This document shows positions 20,569 to 31,709 of a stretch of DNA of 64,000 nt, piece after piece (position 1 is the stretch's first letter; every line of letters starts with the position of its first letter). Location: assembly GCA_963665325.3 (NCBI GenBank), contig CAXXWS020000002.1, forward strand, positions 544,001 through 608,000, in the 5' to 3' direction. This DNA is from Alphaproteobacteria bacterium. Its GTDB lineage: Bacteria; Pseudomonadota; Alphaproteobacteria; Bin95. Under the pieces are notes generated by a model, which saw only the letters and a program-made list of their open reading frames with translations, made no database searches and was not told the origin of the DNA. The position numbers were made by a program, and so were the translations under genes.

Positions 20569-21732
20569 TCAAAGCACGGTGCGGATACGCTCGACCGCGC
20601 GCTCGATGTCTTCCTCGCTCGCCGCGTAGGAAAAGCGGATGAAGCCCTCTCCATGCGCGCCGAAGCTGGTGCCGGCCACGGTCGCGACGCCGGCATCCTC
20701 CAGCATCCGGCTCTGCAACTCGCGGGCGCTCATGCCGGTGCCCTCGATATTGGGGAAGGTGTAGAACGCGCCGCCCGGGTCGACGCAGCGGAAGCCCGGC
20801 AGCTGGTTGAGAGCGCGCACGATGATGCGCCGCCGCGCATCGAACGCCCGGCGCATGGTTTCCACGGCGTCCTGCGGCCCGTTCAGCGCGGCGATGCCGG
20901 CATATTGCGTGGCCGCGTTGACGCAGGAATGGCAGTTGACCGCCAGCCGCTCGACCAGCGGGAAGAGCGCCTTCGGCCAGACGCTGTAGCCGAGCCGCCA
21001 GCCGGTCATCGCATAGGTCTTGCTCCACCCGTCCAGCAGGATGGTGCGCTCGCGCAGGCTCTCATAGCCGAGCAGCGAGACATGCTCATTGTCCTCGTAG
21101 AGCAGCCGGCTGTAGATCTCGTCCGACATCACCGCGACATGCGGATGAGCTTCCAGCCCGGCAACCAGCTTGTCCATTTCCGCCTTCGGCGCGACGCCGC
21201 CGGTCGGGTTCGCGGGGCTGTTCAGGATGAGCAGGCGGGTTGCAGGGCCGATCTGCGCCAGCACCTCGGCGGCCGAGAACGCGAAACCGTTCTCCTCGTG
21301 CAGCGCCATGGCGACGGGGGTAGCGCCGGTATAGGCGATCATCGACTCGTAGATCGGGAAACCGGGATTGGGATAGACGATCTCCGCCCCGGGCTCGCCG
21401 AACATCATGATCGCAAAGAACATGGTCGGCTTGCCGCCCGGCAGGATCATCACGAGGTCGGGATCGACCTCCACATTGCGGTAGCGCGCGATGTCCGCCG
21501 CCACCGCCTCGCGAAGCGCCGGGATGCCGTTTGCCGGGGTGTAGCCGTGATGCCCGTCGCGCAGCGCCTTCTCGGCCGCCTCAACGACATGAATAGGCGT
21601 CTTGAAGTCCGGCTGCCCGATGCCGAGATTGACGATGTCGCGGCCTTCCGCCTGCAGCTTCGCCGCCCGCGCCAGGACCTCGAAGGCGGTTTCGGTTCCC
21701 AGTCGGTTCAGGTTGTCGGCAAGGCGAAGCAT
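20569..21732 (-). CDS. PLP-dependent class I aminotransferase (aspartate aminotransferase-like)
   Basis: NLGIGQPDF, NSPANPTG, SDEIY and GWSKTYAMTGWRLG motifs. Confidence 0.93.
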   Translation of the reverse strand: MLRLADNLNRLGTETAFEVLARAAKLQAEGRDIVNLGIGQPDFKTPIHVVEAAEKALRDGHHGYTPANGIPALREAVAADIARYRNVEVDPDLVMILPGGKPTMFFAIMMFGEPGAEIVYPNPGFPIYESMIAYTGATPVAMALHEENGFAFSAAEVLAQIGPATRLLILNSPANPTGGVAPKAEMDKLVAGLEAHPHVAVMSDEIYSRLLYEDNEHVSLLGYESLRERTILLDGWSKTYAMTGWRLGYSVWPKALFPLVERLAVNCHSCVNAATQYAGIAALNGPQDAVETMRRAFDARRRIIVRALNQLPGFRCVDPGGAFYTFPNIEGTGMSARELQSRMLEDAGVATVAGTSFGAHGEGFIRFSYAASEEDIERAVERIRTVL

Positions 21733-21931
21733 GGCGGCCGGGTATCTCCTCTTGGCGGAAGGCGCCGGACTATGTCCGAAAGCGGAATCCGCCGCAATGC
21801 CCCGGCCGCGGACTCCGCCGGTTGCGTTCCCGGGTGGGGTGCGGGCGCTCCCGCCGGAAAACCGCCCGCCGAAGGATGGCCGGCGGGGCATGGCGGGATG
21901 AGGGACGGCCGCGCCGGATGCGGGCCGGGGC

Positions 21932-22302
21932 TTCATGAAAATGGCCGAATATTCATTTTTTGTTTTGTTTAAGGCCTGATTACAGGAAAAATATGCTAAT
22001 ATATCTCCAGGGAAGAGGCATCCGGAGCCGCTTCCCGGACACAAGAAATACCCGCAAAACCGACGGGAGACGTGCGCCCTGCGACTCGCGCGCGCAATCA
22101 GGCGCGCGAATTGCGCCGGCGCTAACGGGCGCGCCCGCGTGCCATACGCGCGAAACAGGGCCCGCTGCTCCCGGCCGGACAAGGAGAGCCGATGACCGCA
22201 ATCGACCCCCGAACTGCCGCTGCAAGACAACCGCCCCGGAGACCGCCGCGCCGGCCGGGCCTCCATCGCAAAACATGACATACCATGACACTTCACGACA
22301 CA
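21932..22302 (+). repeat. Dispersed non-coding element, copy B
   Basis: Inverted homologue of 4126-4576. Core at 22092-22138; CATGAC/CATGAC/CACGAC at 22274, 22284 and 22294. Confidence 0.7.
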
Positions 22303-22406
22303 TCGCGCGGGGTGCGGCCTCCGGCACGCCGGCGCAGCGGCGCCGGTCTTGACCTTCGGGGGGTGGAGGGCATAGATGGCGTCCTTCCTTGCGAGGCTTT
22401 CCGCGT

Positions 22407-22484
22407 GGTGCCCATAGCTCAGTTGGTTAGAGCGCCTGGTTGTGGTCCAGGAGGTCGCCGGTTCAAATCCGGTTGGGCACCCCA
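22407..22484 (+). tRNA. tRNA-His(GTG) with encoded G-1, C73 and CCA
   Basis: Acceptor stem GTGCCCA/TGGGCAC, anticodon arm CCTGG-TTGTGGT-CCAGG, GTTCAAATC T-loop. Confidence 0.97.
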
Positions 22485-22514
22485 CGGCCCGCTGGCGCGG
22501 CGGAGCGGGCGCGG

Positions 22515-23198
22515 GTGAGCGGCAAACGGCCGTCCAGAACGCCGATCCGCGATGCGGCCACCCTCGTGATCCTGCGCCGGGAGACCGGCGAAGTGGTGAT
22601 GGGCGAGCGCTCGCAGGGCCATGTCTTCTACCCGGAGCACTATGTCTTTCCCGGCGGCAGGGTGGATGCCCAGGACGGCCATGCGCCGGCGGCGCGCGAG
22701 CTGCGCCCCGAGGTAGAGGAACGGCTGCGGAGTTCGGCGACCGCGCGGCGGGCGCGCGCGCTTGCGCTCGCAGCGGTGCGCGAGACTTTCGAGGAAGCCG
22801 GGCTGGTGGTCGGCGAGCCCGTCAACGGTGTGGCGCCCGACGGCCTTTCGGACGACTGGCGCCACTTTTACGATTCCGGCTATGCCCCGGCGCTCGACAA
22901 GCTCACCTATATCCACCGGGCCGTAACCCCTCCGGGCCGTCCGCGTCGTTTCAACGCACGCTTCTTCGTGATCGACGCCGAGCATGTGCGCGGCGATCTC
23001 AGCGAAGGGTCCGGCGAGCTGCTGAAGCTGCACTGGGTCGGACTCGCCGATGCGCAGCGGCTCAGGCTCCGGCCGATCACGGCGCTCGTGCTCAAGGAAA
23101 TCGAGGCCCGCCTGGCCGAAGACCGGCTGCACGACATGACCCGGCCCGTGCCGGTCGTGAAGACGCTACACGGCAAGCGCGTCATGGAATGGGACTGA
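22515..23198 (+). CDS. NUDIX hydrolase
   Basis: RDAATLVIL, VFPGGRVD, AAVRETFEEAG and RRFNARFF motifs. Confidence 0.88.
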   Translation: MSGKRPSRTPIRDAATLVILRRETGEVVMGERSQGHVFYPEHYVFPGGRVDAQDGHAPAARELRPEVEERLRSSATARRARALALAAVRETFEEAGLVVGEPVNGVAPDGLSDDWRHFYDSGYAPALDKLTYIHRAVTPPGRPRRFNARFFVIDAEHVRGDLSEGSGELLKLHWVGLADAQRLRLRPITALVLKEIEARLAEDRLHDMTRPVPVVKTLHGKRVMEWD

Positions 23199-23218
23199 AC
23201 GAACCGGCCTCCCCCGCA

Positions 23219-24661
23219 ATGCGCGGCCGTTCGGCCCTGCTGACGGTCGATGAGATGGGCCGGGCCGACCGGCTGGCGGCAGACTATGGGCATTCGGGCT
23301 TCGAGCTGATGCGCAATGCCGGTGCGGCGATCGCCGATGCGGTGCGTCGGCGCTGGAGCCCCCGTCCGGTTCTGGTGCTCGCAGGACCCGGCAATAATGG
23401 CGGCGACGGCTTCATCGCGGCCGAGAGACTGCTCGCCGCAGGCTGGCCGGCGCGGGTGGCGCTGCTCGGCCGGCGGGAGGCGCTCGCCGGGGACGCGACG
23501 GACGCGGCGCGAAGCTGGCCGGGGCCGGTCGAGCCGCTTGGAGTGGAGGCGCTGGGGGACGCCCGGATCGTCATCGACGCCCTGTTCGGGGCCGGGCTGA
23601 AACGGCCTGTCTCCGGCGCTGCAAGGCAGGTCCTGGAGGCGGCAGCGGGCCTGCTGACGGTCGCGGTGGACCTGCCGAGCGGTATTGCGGGAGATACAGG
23701 TGCGGTGCTGGGCCACGCGCCCTGCGCCGAACTGACGGTGACCTTCTTCCGCAAGAAGCCCGGCCACCTGTTGCTGCCGGGACGGTTGCATTGCGGTGAG
23801 GTCGAGGTGGCCGATATCGGCATTCCGGAGGCGGTGCTGGACGAGATCGGACCGTCCGGATTCGAGAATGGGCCGGATTTGTGGACGCTGCCGTTTCCGG
23901 GGCCGGAGAGTCATAAATATACGCGCGGCCATGTGGTCGTCTGGGGCGGAGCGGAAACGACCGGCGCGGCCCGGCTGGCTGCGCGGGGCGCGATGCGCGC
24001 GGGCGCAGGCCTCGTGACCGTTTCCGCGCCGGACGAAGCCTGGCCGGTCTATGCCGCTTCCATGCCGGGGGCGCTGGTCGTGCGGTGCAGCGCGCCGAAG
24101 GACTTTGCCCGTCTGCTGGAGGATGCGCGCAAGAATGCCGTGCTGGTCGGGCCGGGCGCCGGCCTCGGCGCCGAAACCGTCGCTGCTGTGGAAGCGGCCT
24201 GCGCGCGCGCCGGAGGGGTTGTGCTCGACGCCGACGCCCTGACCGCCATGGCGGGGCGGCTGCCGGCAGGCAGGGGCGAAGACGGACTGCTCACGCCCCA
24301 TGACGGCGAGTTCGCGCGCTCGTTCTCCTTCGACGGCGACCGGCTCTCGAGGGCGCGTGCAGCGGCGGCGGCCAGCGGCTGGACCGTATTGCTCAAGGGC
24401 GCGGACAGTGTGATTGCTGCGCCGGACGGGCGCGCGGCAATCTCCGCGAACGCACCGCCCTGGCTGGCGACCGCCGGCAGCGGCGATGTGCTGGCCGGAA
24501 TAGCTGTCGGCCTGATGGCGCAAGGCATGGCTGCGTTCGAGGCTGCGGCTGCGGCAACATGGCTGCATGGAGAGGCGGCTGAAGAGTTCGGGCCGGGCTT
24601 GATTGCAGAGGACTTGCCGAACATGTTGCCGGCCGTTCTTCGCCGGATGTTCGCCGCATGA
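23219..24661 (+). CDS. nnr: Bifunctional NAD(P)H-hydrate epimerase/dehydratase
   Basis: GPGNNGGDG, DALFGAGL, HKYTRG, DADAL, TPHDGE and ATAGSGDVLAG motifs. Alternative start at 23189. Confidence 0.92.
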   Translation: MRGRSALLTVDEMGRADRLAADYGHSGFELMRNAGAAIADAVRRRWSPRPVLVLAGPGNNGGDGFIAAERLLAAGWPARVALLGRREALAGDATDAARSWPGPVEPLGVEALGDARIVIDALFGAGLKRPVSGAARQVLEAAAGLLTVAVDLPSGIAGDTGAVLGHAPCAELTVTFFRKKPGHLLLPGRLHCGEVEVADIGIPEAVLDEIGPSGFENGPDLWTLPFPGPESHKYTRGHVVVWGGAETTGAARLAARGAMRAGAGLVTVSAPDEAWPVYAASMPGALVVRCSAPKDFARLLEDARKNAVLVGPGAGLGAETVAAVEAACARAGGVVLDADALTAMAGRLPAGRGEDGLLTPHDGEFARSFSFDGDRLSRARAAAAASGWTVLLKGADSVIAAPDGRAAISANAPPWLATAGSGDVLAGIAVGLMAQGMAAFEAAAAATWLHGEAAEEFGPGLIAEDLPNMLPAVLRRMFAA

Positions 24662-26013
24662 ACCAGACTGAAGAAGCAACGGCTTCGACGCTCTTCGACC
24701 GTACGCTGGCGGGGCTGAGGGGGGCTGTACGGGGACTGATCGGCGGCGATATCCTCGATCCGGACCCCGACCTGAAGAAGGGAGATGCCGAGCGCATCCG
24801 GGAACGCCTTTGGGCATGTCTCGAAGGCACGGGCGGCGAAGTCTCGGCCCGCAACCGTGCGGCCGATCTCGGCAAGGCCTACCTTCAGTTGTCGCAGACC
24901 GGCCGCCGCCGCTATCTCACTATACTGGCAACAGAATTCGACCGGGACCCGGCGGCAGTCGAGCAGGCAGCGGCAGCGCTGGCGGCAGCGCCGCCGGAGG
25001 ACCGGGCCGCAGCGGAAGACGCCCTCCGGGATGCGCTCAGCGCTCCTCGCGAACGCCTGCTGCGGCAATTCAATACGCTCGCCGACGGCGCGAAGTTCCT
25101 GGTCGATCTGCGCTACGACCTCATGCGCTTCGCACGCGAGGATGTGGCGCTCTCGGGCCTCGAGAAGGACCTGAAACGCCTGTTGGCGAGCTGGTTCGAT
25201 GTTGGATTTCTGGAGCTCAGGCGGATTGACTGGAATGCCCCGGCGTCGCTGCTGGAGAAACTCATCGACTATGAGGCCGTGCATGCCATCCAGAGCTGGC
25301 AGGACCTCAAGAACCGGCTTGACTCGGATCGCCGCTGCTACGCCTTTTTCCACCCGAGCATGCCCGACGAGCCTCTGATTTTCGTCGAGGTCGCGCTGGA
25401 GGCGGGGCTTGCGGACAATGTTCATGCGCTGCTCGACGAGGAGAGCCCGGTCGGCGATCCGTCGCGCGCCGATACTGCGGTGTTCTATTCGATCTCCAAC
25501 GCCCAGCGCGGCCTTGCCGGCATCGCGTTCGGCGATTTCCTCATCAAGCGCGTCGTGGACGACCTGCGCGCCGAGCTGCCCAATCTCAAGACCTTCGCCA
25601 CGCTTTCCCCGATTCCCGGTTTCTCGCGTTGGCTCGAGAACAATCCCGACGAAGCCGTCGATACCGCCCTGGCGAAACCGGGATGGTGGGAGGACCCGGA
25701 GACTGCCGAGGCGGCAAAGGGGCCGGTTCTGCGGGCGGTGGCGCGCTATCTCGTCCACGCTAGGCGCAGGGGCCGGGCGGCTGATCCGGTCGCGCATTTC
25801 CACCTCTCCAACGGGGCGCGCATGGAACGGCTGAACTGGATGGCAAATGTCTCCGAAGCCGGGCGCGCCCAGTCCTCCGGCGTCATGATCAACTACCTCT
25901 ACAGAAGCGACATGATCGAAGCGAACCACGAGGCCTACAAGGGCGAGGGGCGGATTGCGATGTCTTCGGCGGTGCGTGCGCTGGCCGGGAAGCGGGAGAA
26001 CAAGGCCCGATGA
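24658..26013 (+). CDS. Malonyl-CoA decarboxylase
   Basis: [31 protein letters not shown] and [12 protein letters not shown] motifs. Confidence 0.93.
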   Translation: MNQTEEATASTLFDRTLAGLRGAVRGLIGGDILDPDPDLKKGDAERIRERLWACLEGTGGEVSARNRAADLGKAYLQLSQTGRRRYLTILATEFDRDPAAVEQAAAALAAAPPEDRAAAEDALRDALSAPRERLLRQFNTLADGAKFLVDLRYDLMRFAREDVALSGLEKDLKRLLASWFDVGFLELRRIDWNAPASLLEKLIDYEAVHAIQSWQDLKNRLDSDRRCYAFFHPSMPDEPLIFVEVALEAGLADNVHALLDEESPVGDPSRADTAVFYSISNAQRGLAGIAFGDFLIKRVVDDLRAELPNLKTFATLSPIPGFSRWLENNPDEAVDTALAKPGWWEDPETAEAAKGPVLRAVARYLVHARRRGRAADPVAHFHLSNGARMERLNWMANVSEAGRAQSSGVMINYLYRSDMIEANHEAYKGEGRIAMSSAVRALAGKRENKAR

Positions 26014-26744
26014 CCGCCGCCCGCCGCCGGCTCATTGCCGGCAACTGGAAAATGAACGGCCTCGCCGCCGACGGCCTCGTTCTGGCGCGTTCCCTCGCGG
26101 CGGCGCCGGAAGGGGCGGCGGAACTCCTGGTCTGTCCGCCCGCGACCCTGCTGGCCCAGGTCGCATCGGTGCTGTCAGGCAGCCCGGTAGCACTCGGCGG
26201 GCAGGACTGCCATGTGGAGGAGTCCGGGGCGCATACCGGCGACATTTCGGCGGAAATGCTGGTCGATGCCGGCTGCTCTCATGTCATTACCGGCCACTCC
26301 GAGCGCCGCGCCGACCATGGCGAAACGGATGCGGTCGTGCGCGCAAAGGCGGCAGCCGCGCACCGGGTGGGCCTCATCGCCATCGTCTGCGTCGGCGAGA
26401 CGGCAGAAGAGCGCGATGCGGGTGAGACCGAAGCAGTGGTTGCCGCGAGCCTGCTCGGTTCCCTGCCGGAGAGCGCCCGGCCGGAGAACACGGTTGTTGC
26501 GTATGAGCCGGTCTGGGCCATCGGCACCGGGCGCACGCCGACCGTGGATGAAGTCGTTGCCGTCCACGCCGCGCTCCGCGCAGCACTCGGCGAGCGGGGT
26601 GGGGCAACGCGCATCCTATACGGCGGCTCGGTCAAGCCCGACAACGCGGCCGCTCTGCTCGCGTCCTATGACGTGGACGGTGCGCTGGTCGGCGGCGCAA
26701 GCCTTTCCGCGGCCGATTTCCTTGCCATCGCCGGGGCGGTCTGA
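26010..26744 (+). CDS. tpiA: Triosephosphate isomerase
   Basis: [29 protein letters not shown] and LVGGASL motifs. Confidence 0.98.
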   Translation: MTAARRRLIAGNWKMNGLAADGLVLARSLAAAPEGAAELLVCPPATLLAQVASVLSGSPVALGGQDCHVEESGAHTGDISAEMLVDAGCSHVITGHSERRADHGETDAVVRAKAAAAHRVGLIAIVCVGETAEERDAGETEAVVAASLLGSLPESARPENTVVAYEPVWAIGTGRTPTVDEVVAVHAALRAALGERGGATRILYGGSVKPDNAAALLASYDVDGALVGGASLSAADFLAIAGAV

Positions 26745-27760
26745 GCGCCCGCGCGGGCCAGATCGATCAGGGCGCGTTCGGCGATTGCCCGGTCCGGCAG
26801 GCCGGTTGTCTTGCAGTCGATTTCGGCCCGGTTGAGCCGCGCAAGCGCAGCAAGGATCCGGCCTTGCGGCCAGCGCCGGAGCTGGCTGCGGAATGCGTCC
26901 CGGCGGCGGAAGAAGACCGGCGGGCGCAGGCGGGTCATAACGCTTTGCGCGTCCGTGCCGGCGGCTATGAGGGATTGCGCCGCATCCAGGCGCTGGAAGT
27001 GACGGCCGACGGCCCGGAGGATCGATACGGGCGCCGTCGTCTCCGCCGCCGCCCGGTCGAGGGCGGTCGAAAGCGCGGCGAGGTTGCCGGCGCCCGTGGC
27101 GAAGGCGATGTCGTCGAGGGAAAGCACCGCGGAGTCGCCGATGCAGGCCACGGCATCCTCGAGCGCTATCGTCCCGCCCTCGCCGGCATAAAGCGCGAGC
27201 TTCTCCGCCTCCATGCGGGTCGTTATCCGGTCGTTGCCGAGGTGGTTGGCGGCGAAAGCGAGCGCATCGGGCTCGATCCTGGCGCCGGCGCTCCGCACGG
27301 CATGCTCCACCAGCCGGGCGACGGTGTCGTCGTCATCGGCGTAGCAGGGCAGGGCGGCGGCGCGGTCGTGCGATTCCGCCAGTCGGCGCAGTTTCGAGCG
27401 CGGCGGAAGGTCGCCCGCCTCGACCACGATGAGCGCGTCAGCGGCGGGGCCGTCCAGCACGGCTTCAAGCGCCTTCTCGCAATCGTCCCCGGCGGCGCGC
27501 AGTCGTATCAGCCGCGTGCCGCCGGTGAACGAAATGGCCGTCGCCTCATCGGCCAGCCGGGCCGGGTCTGCCTTCAGGTCGGGCCCGGTCAATCCGGCGA
27601 CCCGGAAGGGATCCTGGATATCCTCCACGACCTGGCCGGCCAGCAGGCGGGCGCGTTCCCGCACCAGCCCTTCGTCGGGTCCGTAGAGAACCACCGCGAG
27701 CAGTTCCGGCGGCGGCGGATTGCGGAGGAACGCGGCGATCTGCCGGCCGGACAGCTTCAC
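26666..27760 (-). CDS. holA: DNA polymerase III delta subunit
   Basis: [17 protein letters not shown] and LRPPVFFRR motifs; leuS-lptE-holA synteny. Confidence 0.9.
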   Translation of the reverse strand: MKLSGRQIAAFLRNPPPPELLAVVLYGPDEGLVRERARLLAGQVVEDIQDPFRVAGLTGPDLKADPARLADEATAISFTGGTRLIRLRAAGDDCEKALEAVLDGPAADALIVVEAGDLPPRSKLRRLAESHDRAAALPCYADDDDTVARLVEHAVRSAGARIEPDALAFAANHLGNDRITTRMEAEKLALYAGEGGTIALEDAVACIGDSAVLSLDDIAFATGAGNLAALSTALDRAAAETTAPVSILRAVGRHFQRLDAAQSLIAAGTDAQSVMTRLRPPVFFRRRDAFRSQLRRWPQGRILAALARLNRAEIDCKTTGLPDRAIAERALIDLARAGAQTAPAMARKSAAERLAPPTSAPSTS

Positions 27761-28284
27761 CCTGCCTTTTCCCCGCTGCGGAAGAAAAGCGCGAGCCGCC
27801 GGGCGATCTGGCCGCTCAACGCATCGACGCCGCGCTCGCGGGCCGCACGCTCCGCCGCCCGCGTTGCAAAGGCGGACTGCAGGACATCGTGGCTGTGGAC
27901 CGAGCGCGCCCATCCCCGCAATGTCGGCCGGTCACCGCCCCGCTTTGTGAGTTCGAACTCGGCAGTGAGTGTCAGGTCGGAGCGGGTTACGGTTTCGCTC
28001 CTGCCGACGAGCGCGCCCGCCGACGTCGAGCGCAGCCGCACGCGCAACCGGTACTCTGCGGGAAGGCGAGGCCCGCCAGGGGCGAGGCGTTCTTCCAGAC
28101 GCCGACTCAACAGGAGGCCGATGCGGTCCGGAATCGGCTCCACTTCCACCTGCGCCATGAGGGCCGTGACATCCGGACTCTGCTGAGGTCGGCGCGCGTG
28201 GACGGGCTCGAGCGTGCAGCCGGCAAGCATTACGCCGAGCAGCAGTCCGGCGACGGCGGCTGCGAGCTTGTCAGGCCACGACAT
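27757..28284 (-). CDS. lptE: LPS assembly lipoprotein LptE
   Basis: Lipobox LAGC, then TLEPVH; lies between leuS and holA. Confidence 0.75.
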   Translation of the reverse strand: MSWPDKLAAAVAGLLLGVMLAGCTLEPVHARRPQQSPDVTALMAQVEVEPIPDRIGLLLSRRLEERLAPGGPRLPAEYRLRVRLRSTSAGALVGRSETVTRSDLTLTAEFELTKRGGDRPTLRGWARSVHSHDVLQSAFATRAAERAARERGVDALSGQIARRLALFFRSGEKAG

Positions 28285-30823
28285 TGACGATCTTGTCGGG
28301 CACGACGACGACGCGGCGGGGCGGCCGGCCGTCCAGCTGTTTCTGGACACCGGCGAGCGCAAGCGCCGCCGACTCGACGTCTGCTGTCTGCGAGCCGCGC
28401 GCGACCTCCAGCTGGCCACGCAGCTTTCCGTTCACCTGCACGGGAAGCACCACAATGTCCTCCACAAGCCGCGCAGGGTCGGCTGTCGGCCAGGGCTGAT
28501 CCGAGAGCAGGCCTTCTCCGCCGAGCCTTCGCCAACAGCTCTCCGCCAGATGCGGCGTCATCGGCGCGATCAGGCGCACGGCGGTTTCGATGCCTTCCCG
28601 ATAGGCTGCCGCCATGGCGGGGGCAGTGGCTGGCAGGGCGTCAGCCAAGGCGTTGGTGAGTTCGCGAACCCGCGCCACCGCCCGGTTGAAATGGAAACGT
28701 TCGAGGTCGCCGGTAATCGCATCGACCGTCTTGTGCGTAGCGTTCCGTAATGCCTCGGCCTCGGGGTCGGTTCCCGGACTCGCAGGCGCCTCGGGTGCTT
28801 CGTCAACCAGCCGCCAGAGCCGGTTGAGGTAGCGCCACGCGCCCTCGACGCCCGCTTCCGTCCAGTCCAGGTCGCGTGCCGGCGGACTGTCCGAGAGCAT
28901 GAACAGCCGGGCCACATCGGCGCCGTAACGTTCGATGATCTCTTCTGGGTCGACGACGTTCTTCTTCGACTTGCTCATTTTCTCGGAGCGTCCGACTGCT
29001 ACCGATGCACCGTCCGACAACTGCCGTTTGCCGCCCTTACCGTCATCTTCCACCTCGTTCGGCTGCAGCCAGCTTCCGTTCGGCGCGCGGTACGTCTCGT
29101 GACACACCATTCCCTGGGTAAACAGGCCGGCGAATGGCTCATCGACCCCGATATAGCCGCATTCCTTCATCGCCCGGCTAAAGAACCGGGAATACAGAAG
29201 GTGCAGCACGGCATGCTCGATGCCGCCGATATACTGGTCCACGGGCATCCAGTAATCGACCGCCTCGCGGTCGAAGGGCCGGTCGTCGACGCCCGGCGAG
29301 CAATAACGGGCGAAATACCAAGACGACTCGAAGAACGTATCGAAGGTATCGGTTTCGCGCTCGGCGGGCGCGCCGCAGGACGGGCAGGCGACATGCTTCC
29401 AGGCCGGGTGCCGGTCCAGTGGATTGCCCGGCGCGTCGAAGGTCACGTCTTCGGGCAGCGTCACGGGAAGGTCTGTGCGGGGAACCGGCACGATGCCGCA
29501 AGCGCCGCAATGGATGACCGGGACCGGGCAACCCCAGTAACGCTGCCGCGAGACGCCCCAGTCGCGCAGGCGGTACTGGACAGTGCGCTCGCCGGAGCCG
29601 AGCGCCTCCAGCCGTTCGCCCATCTCCCGTTTGGCCTCCGGCACATCGAGCCCGTCCAGGAAGGCCGAGTTGATGAGCCGCCCGTCGCCGGTATAGGCCT
29701 CCATCCCGATTTCGAAGCCCGACGGGTCCGCATCCGGCGGGCAGACGACGGGAAGCACGGGCAGCCCGTAGGCGCGAGCGAAGTCGAGGTCTCGCTGGTC
29801 GTGGGCGGGACAGCCGAAAATGGCGCCGCTGCCATATTCCATGAGCACGAAATTCGCGACATAGACGGGCAATTCCAGGCTGTCGTCGAAGGGATGCAGC
29901 GCGCGCAGCCCGATGTCCCGCCCGCGCTTTTCCGCCTGTTCGATCGCCGCCTCGCTGGTGCCGAGGCTGCGGCACTCGGCGATGAAGGCCTCCATCTCCG
30001 GGTCTCTGGCCGCGATTTCCTGCGCCAGCTTGTGGTCCGGCGAGACCGCCATGAAGGAAGCGCCGAACAGCGTGTCGTGCCGTGTGGTGAAGACTTCGAG
30101 CACATCGTCGCGGCCTTTGAGGCCGAAGCCGACGCGGGCGCCGTTGGACCGGCCGATCCAGTTCGCCTGCATCAGCCGCACGCGGTCCGGCCATCGGTCC
30201 AGCCCGTCCAGTGCGTCCAGCAACTCGTCGCTATAGGCGGTGATCTTGAGGAACCATTGGGCAAGTTCACGCCGCTCGACCGGCGCGCCCGAGCGCCAGC
30301 CATGACCGTCGATCACCTGCTCGTTGGCGAGCACGGTGTTCTCGACCGGGTCCCAATTGACCCAGGACTTGCGCCGGTATGCGAGCCCCTTGTCCAGGAA
30401 GTCCAGGAACATCGCCTGCTCATGCTTGAAGTATTCCGGCTCGCAGGTCGAGAGTTCCCTGTCCCAGTCGTAGGAAAGGCCCATGGTCGAGAGCTGCGCC
30501 TTCATCGTCGCGATGTTCCGGCGCGTCCACACGCCCGGATGGACGCCGGCCTCGAAGGCGGCGTTCTCCGCCGGCAGTCCGAAGGCATCCCAACCCATAG
30601 GGTGAAGCACGTTGAAGCCGCGCGCTCGCTTGTAGCGGGCGACCACATCGCCCAGCGTGAAATTGCGCACATGGCCCATATGGATGCGCCCTGAAGGGTA
30701 GGGGAACATCTCCATCACATAGTATTTCGGGCGCGCAGCATCCTCGCGGGCGGTGAAACAGCCGGCTTCTTCCCATTGCCGGCGCCAGTAAGGCTCGGCT
30801 TCCCGGTGATCGTATCGGGCCAT
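28271..30823 (-). CDS. leuS: Leucine--tRNA ligase
   Basis: [24 protein letters not shown] and KMSKS motifs. Confidence 0.99.
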   Translation of the reverse strand: MARYDHREAEPYWRRQWEEAGCFTAREDAARPKYYVMEMFPYPSGRIHMGHVRNFTLGDVVARYKRARGFNVLHPMGWDAFGLPAENAAFEAGVHPGVWTRRNIATMKAQLSTMGLSYDWDRELSTCEPEYFKHEQAMFLDFLDKGLAYRRKSWVNWDPVENTVLANEQVIDGHGWRSGAPVERRELAQWFLKITAYSDELLDALDGLDRWPDRVRLMQANWIGRSNGARVGFGLKGRDDVLEVFTTRHDTLFGASFMAVSPDHKLAQEIAARDPEMEAFIAECRSLGTSEAAIEQAEKRGRDIGLRALHPFDDSLELPVYVANFVLMEYGSGAIFGCPAHDQRDLDFARAYGLPVLPVVCPPDADPSGFEIGMEAYTGDGRLINSAFLDGLDVPEAKREMGERLEALGSGERTVQYRLRDWGVSRQRYWGCPVPVIHCGACGIVPVPRTDLPVTLPEDVTFDAPGNPLDRHPAWKHVACPSCGAPAERETDTFDTFFESSWYFARYCSPGVDDRPFDREAVDYWMPVDQYIGGIEHAVLHLLYSRFFSRAMKECGYIGVDEPFAGLFTQGMVCHETYRAPNGSWLQPNEVEDDGKGGKRQLSDGASVAVGRSEKMSKSKKNVVDPEEIIERYGADVARLFMLSDSPPARDLDWTEAGVEGAWRYLNRLWRLVDEAPEAPASPGTDPEAEALRNATHKTVDAITGDLERFHFNRAVARVRELTNALADALPATAPAMAAAYREGIETAVRLIAPMTPHLAESCWRRLGGEGLLSDQPWPTADPARLVEDIVVLPVQVNGKLRGQLEVARGSQTADVESAALALAGVQKQLDGRPPRRVVVVPDKIVNVVA

Positions 30824-30847
30824 GAAGGCGCTCCGTGCTCCCGGATG

Positions 30848-31378
30848 CTACAGGCTGGCGATGCGCAGCTCCCGCGCCCGGGCCAGGATGTTGTTCTCGA
30901 TGTCGGTATGCGTCGTGCCGCCCACCGTCGCATCGACCCAGCCGGCCTCGCCCTTCTCCTGTCGGAATACCGCGACTTTCAGGCCGTCGGCGCGAAGCCG
31001 CTTGTCGAGAATGTACACCGTGACCTTGAAGCGTTCGTCGGGCGTTTCGGGCGGCGCGAACCAGTCGGTGATGATGACGCCGCCGAAGGGGTCCGCGGAC
31101 GCCAGCGGCATGAACGACAATGTGTCGAGCGAAGCCCGCCAGAGGAAGCTGTTGACGCCGATTCCCGAGCCCCCGCCCTGTTCCCGGTCTCCGCCCAGGA
31201 GATTGATGCCGCCCTCGCCGAAAATCCCCTGCGCGCCGCCCTTCGGACGATAGCTGGAGCCGTCGCTCCCCGGCAGGTGACGGTACAGGGGGTCCGGATA
31301 ATCGTGCTCTACCTTGGAATCGCCGCAACCGGCCAGAAGCGCGGCAACGGCAGCGGCGACGAGATAGGAACGGATCAT
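30848..31378 (-). CDS. DUF3576 family lipoprotein
   Basis: Lipobox LAGC; VNSFLWRASLDTLSFMPLASADPFGGVIITDW; usual position upstream of leuS in alphaproteobacteria. Confidence 0.88.
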   Translation of the reverse strand: MIRSYLVAAAVAALLAGCGDSKVEHDYPDPLYRHLPGSDGSSYRPKGGAQGIFGEGGINLLGGDREQGGGSGIGVNSFLWRASLDTLSFMPLASADPFGGVIITDWFAPPETPDERFKVTVYILDKRLRADGLKVAVFRQEKGEAGWVDATVGGTTHTDIENNILARARELRIASL

Positions 31379-31517
31379 AAAATTTCTCGCGGTGTTGGCA
31401 CCGGCGCGAGTGTAGCATAATCCATAGTTCAGTTCGAAGACCGCCCGGTCGAGTTTGCCTGTCCCGTTTGGGCGTTGACGCCGGGGGACCGGATTCTGTA
31501 AGTCTCGCCCGCTTTCG

Positions 31518-31607
31518 GGACAGGTGGGTGAGTGGCTTAAACCAGCGGATTGCTAATCCGCCATACCCAACAGGGTATCGAGGGTTCGAATCCCTCCCTG
31601 TCCGCCA
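31518..31607 (+). tRNA. tRNA-Ser(GCT)
   Basis: GGACAGG/CCTGTCC acceptor stem, GCGGA-TTGCTAA-TCCGC anticodon arm, long variable arm, G73 plus CCA; TTGACG upstream at 31475. Confidence 0.97.
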
Positions 31608-31709
31608 GCTCACTGTCCTTCTCGATTTCGCGCCGACGAGCGTTGCGGCGGCGCCTACGGCCGTGCGTTCCAGGCGTCCGGCAGCTGAAGCGCTATCCAG
31701 GAGGTTTGC

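Noticed and set aside
20569-22485. 638-aa extended aminotransferase ORF
   Set aside because: The extension runs across the dispersed repeat and the tRNA-His. The real protein starts at 21732.
22407-31607. tRNA-His or tRNA-Ser as the ICE attachment site
   Set aside because: Both are flanked by ordinary genes, and I saw no duplicate of their 3' ends at any junction.
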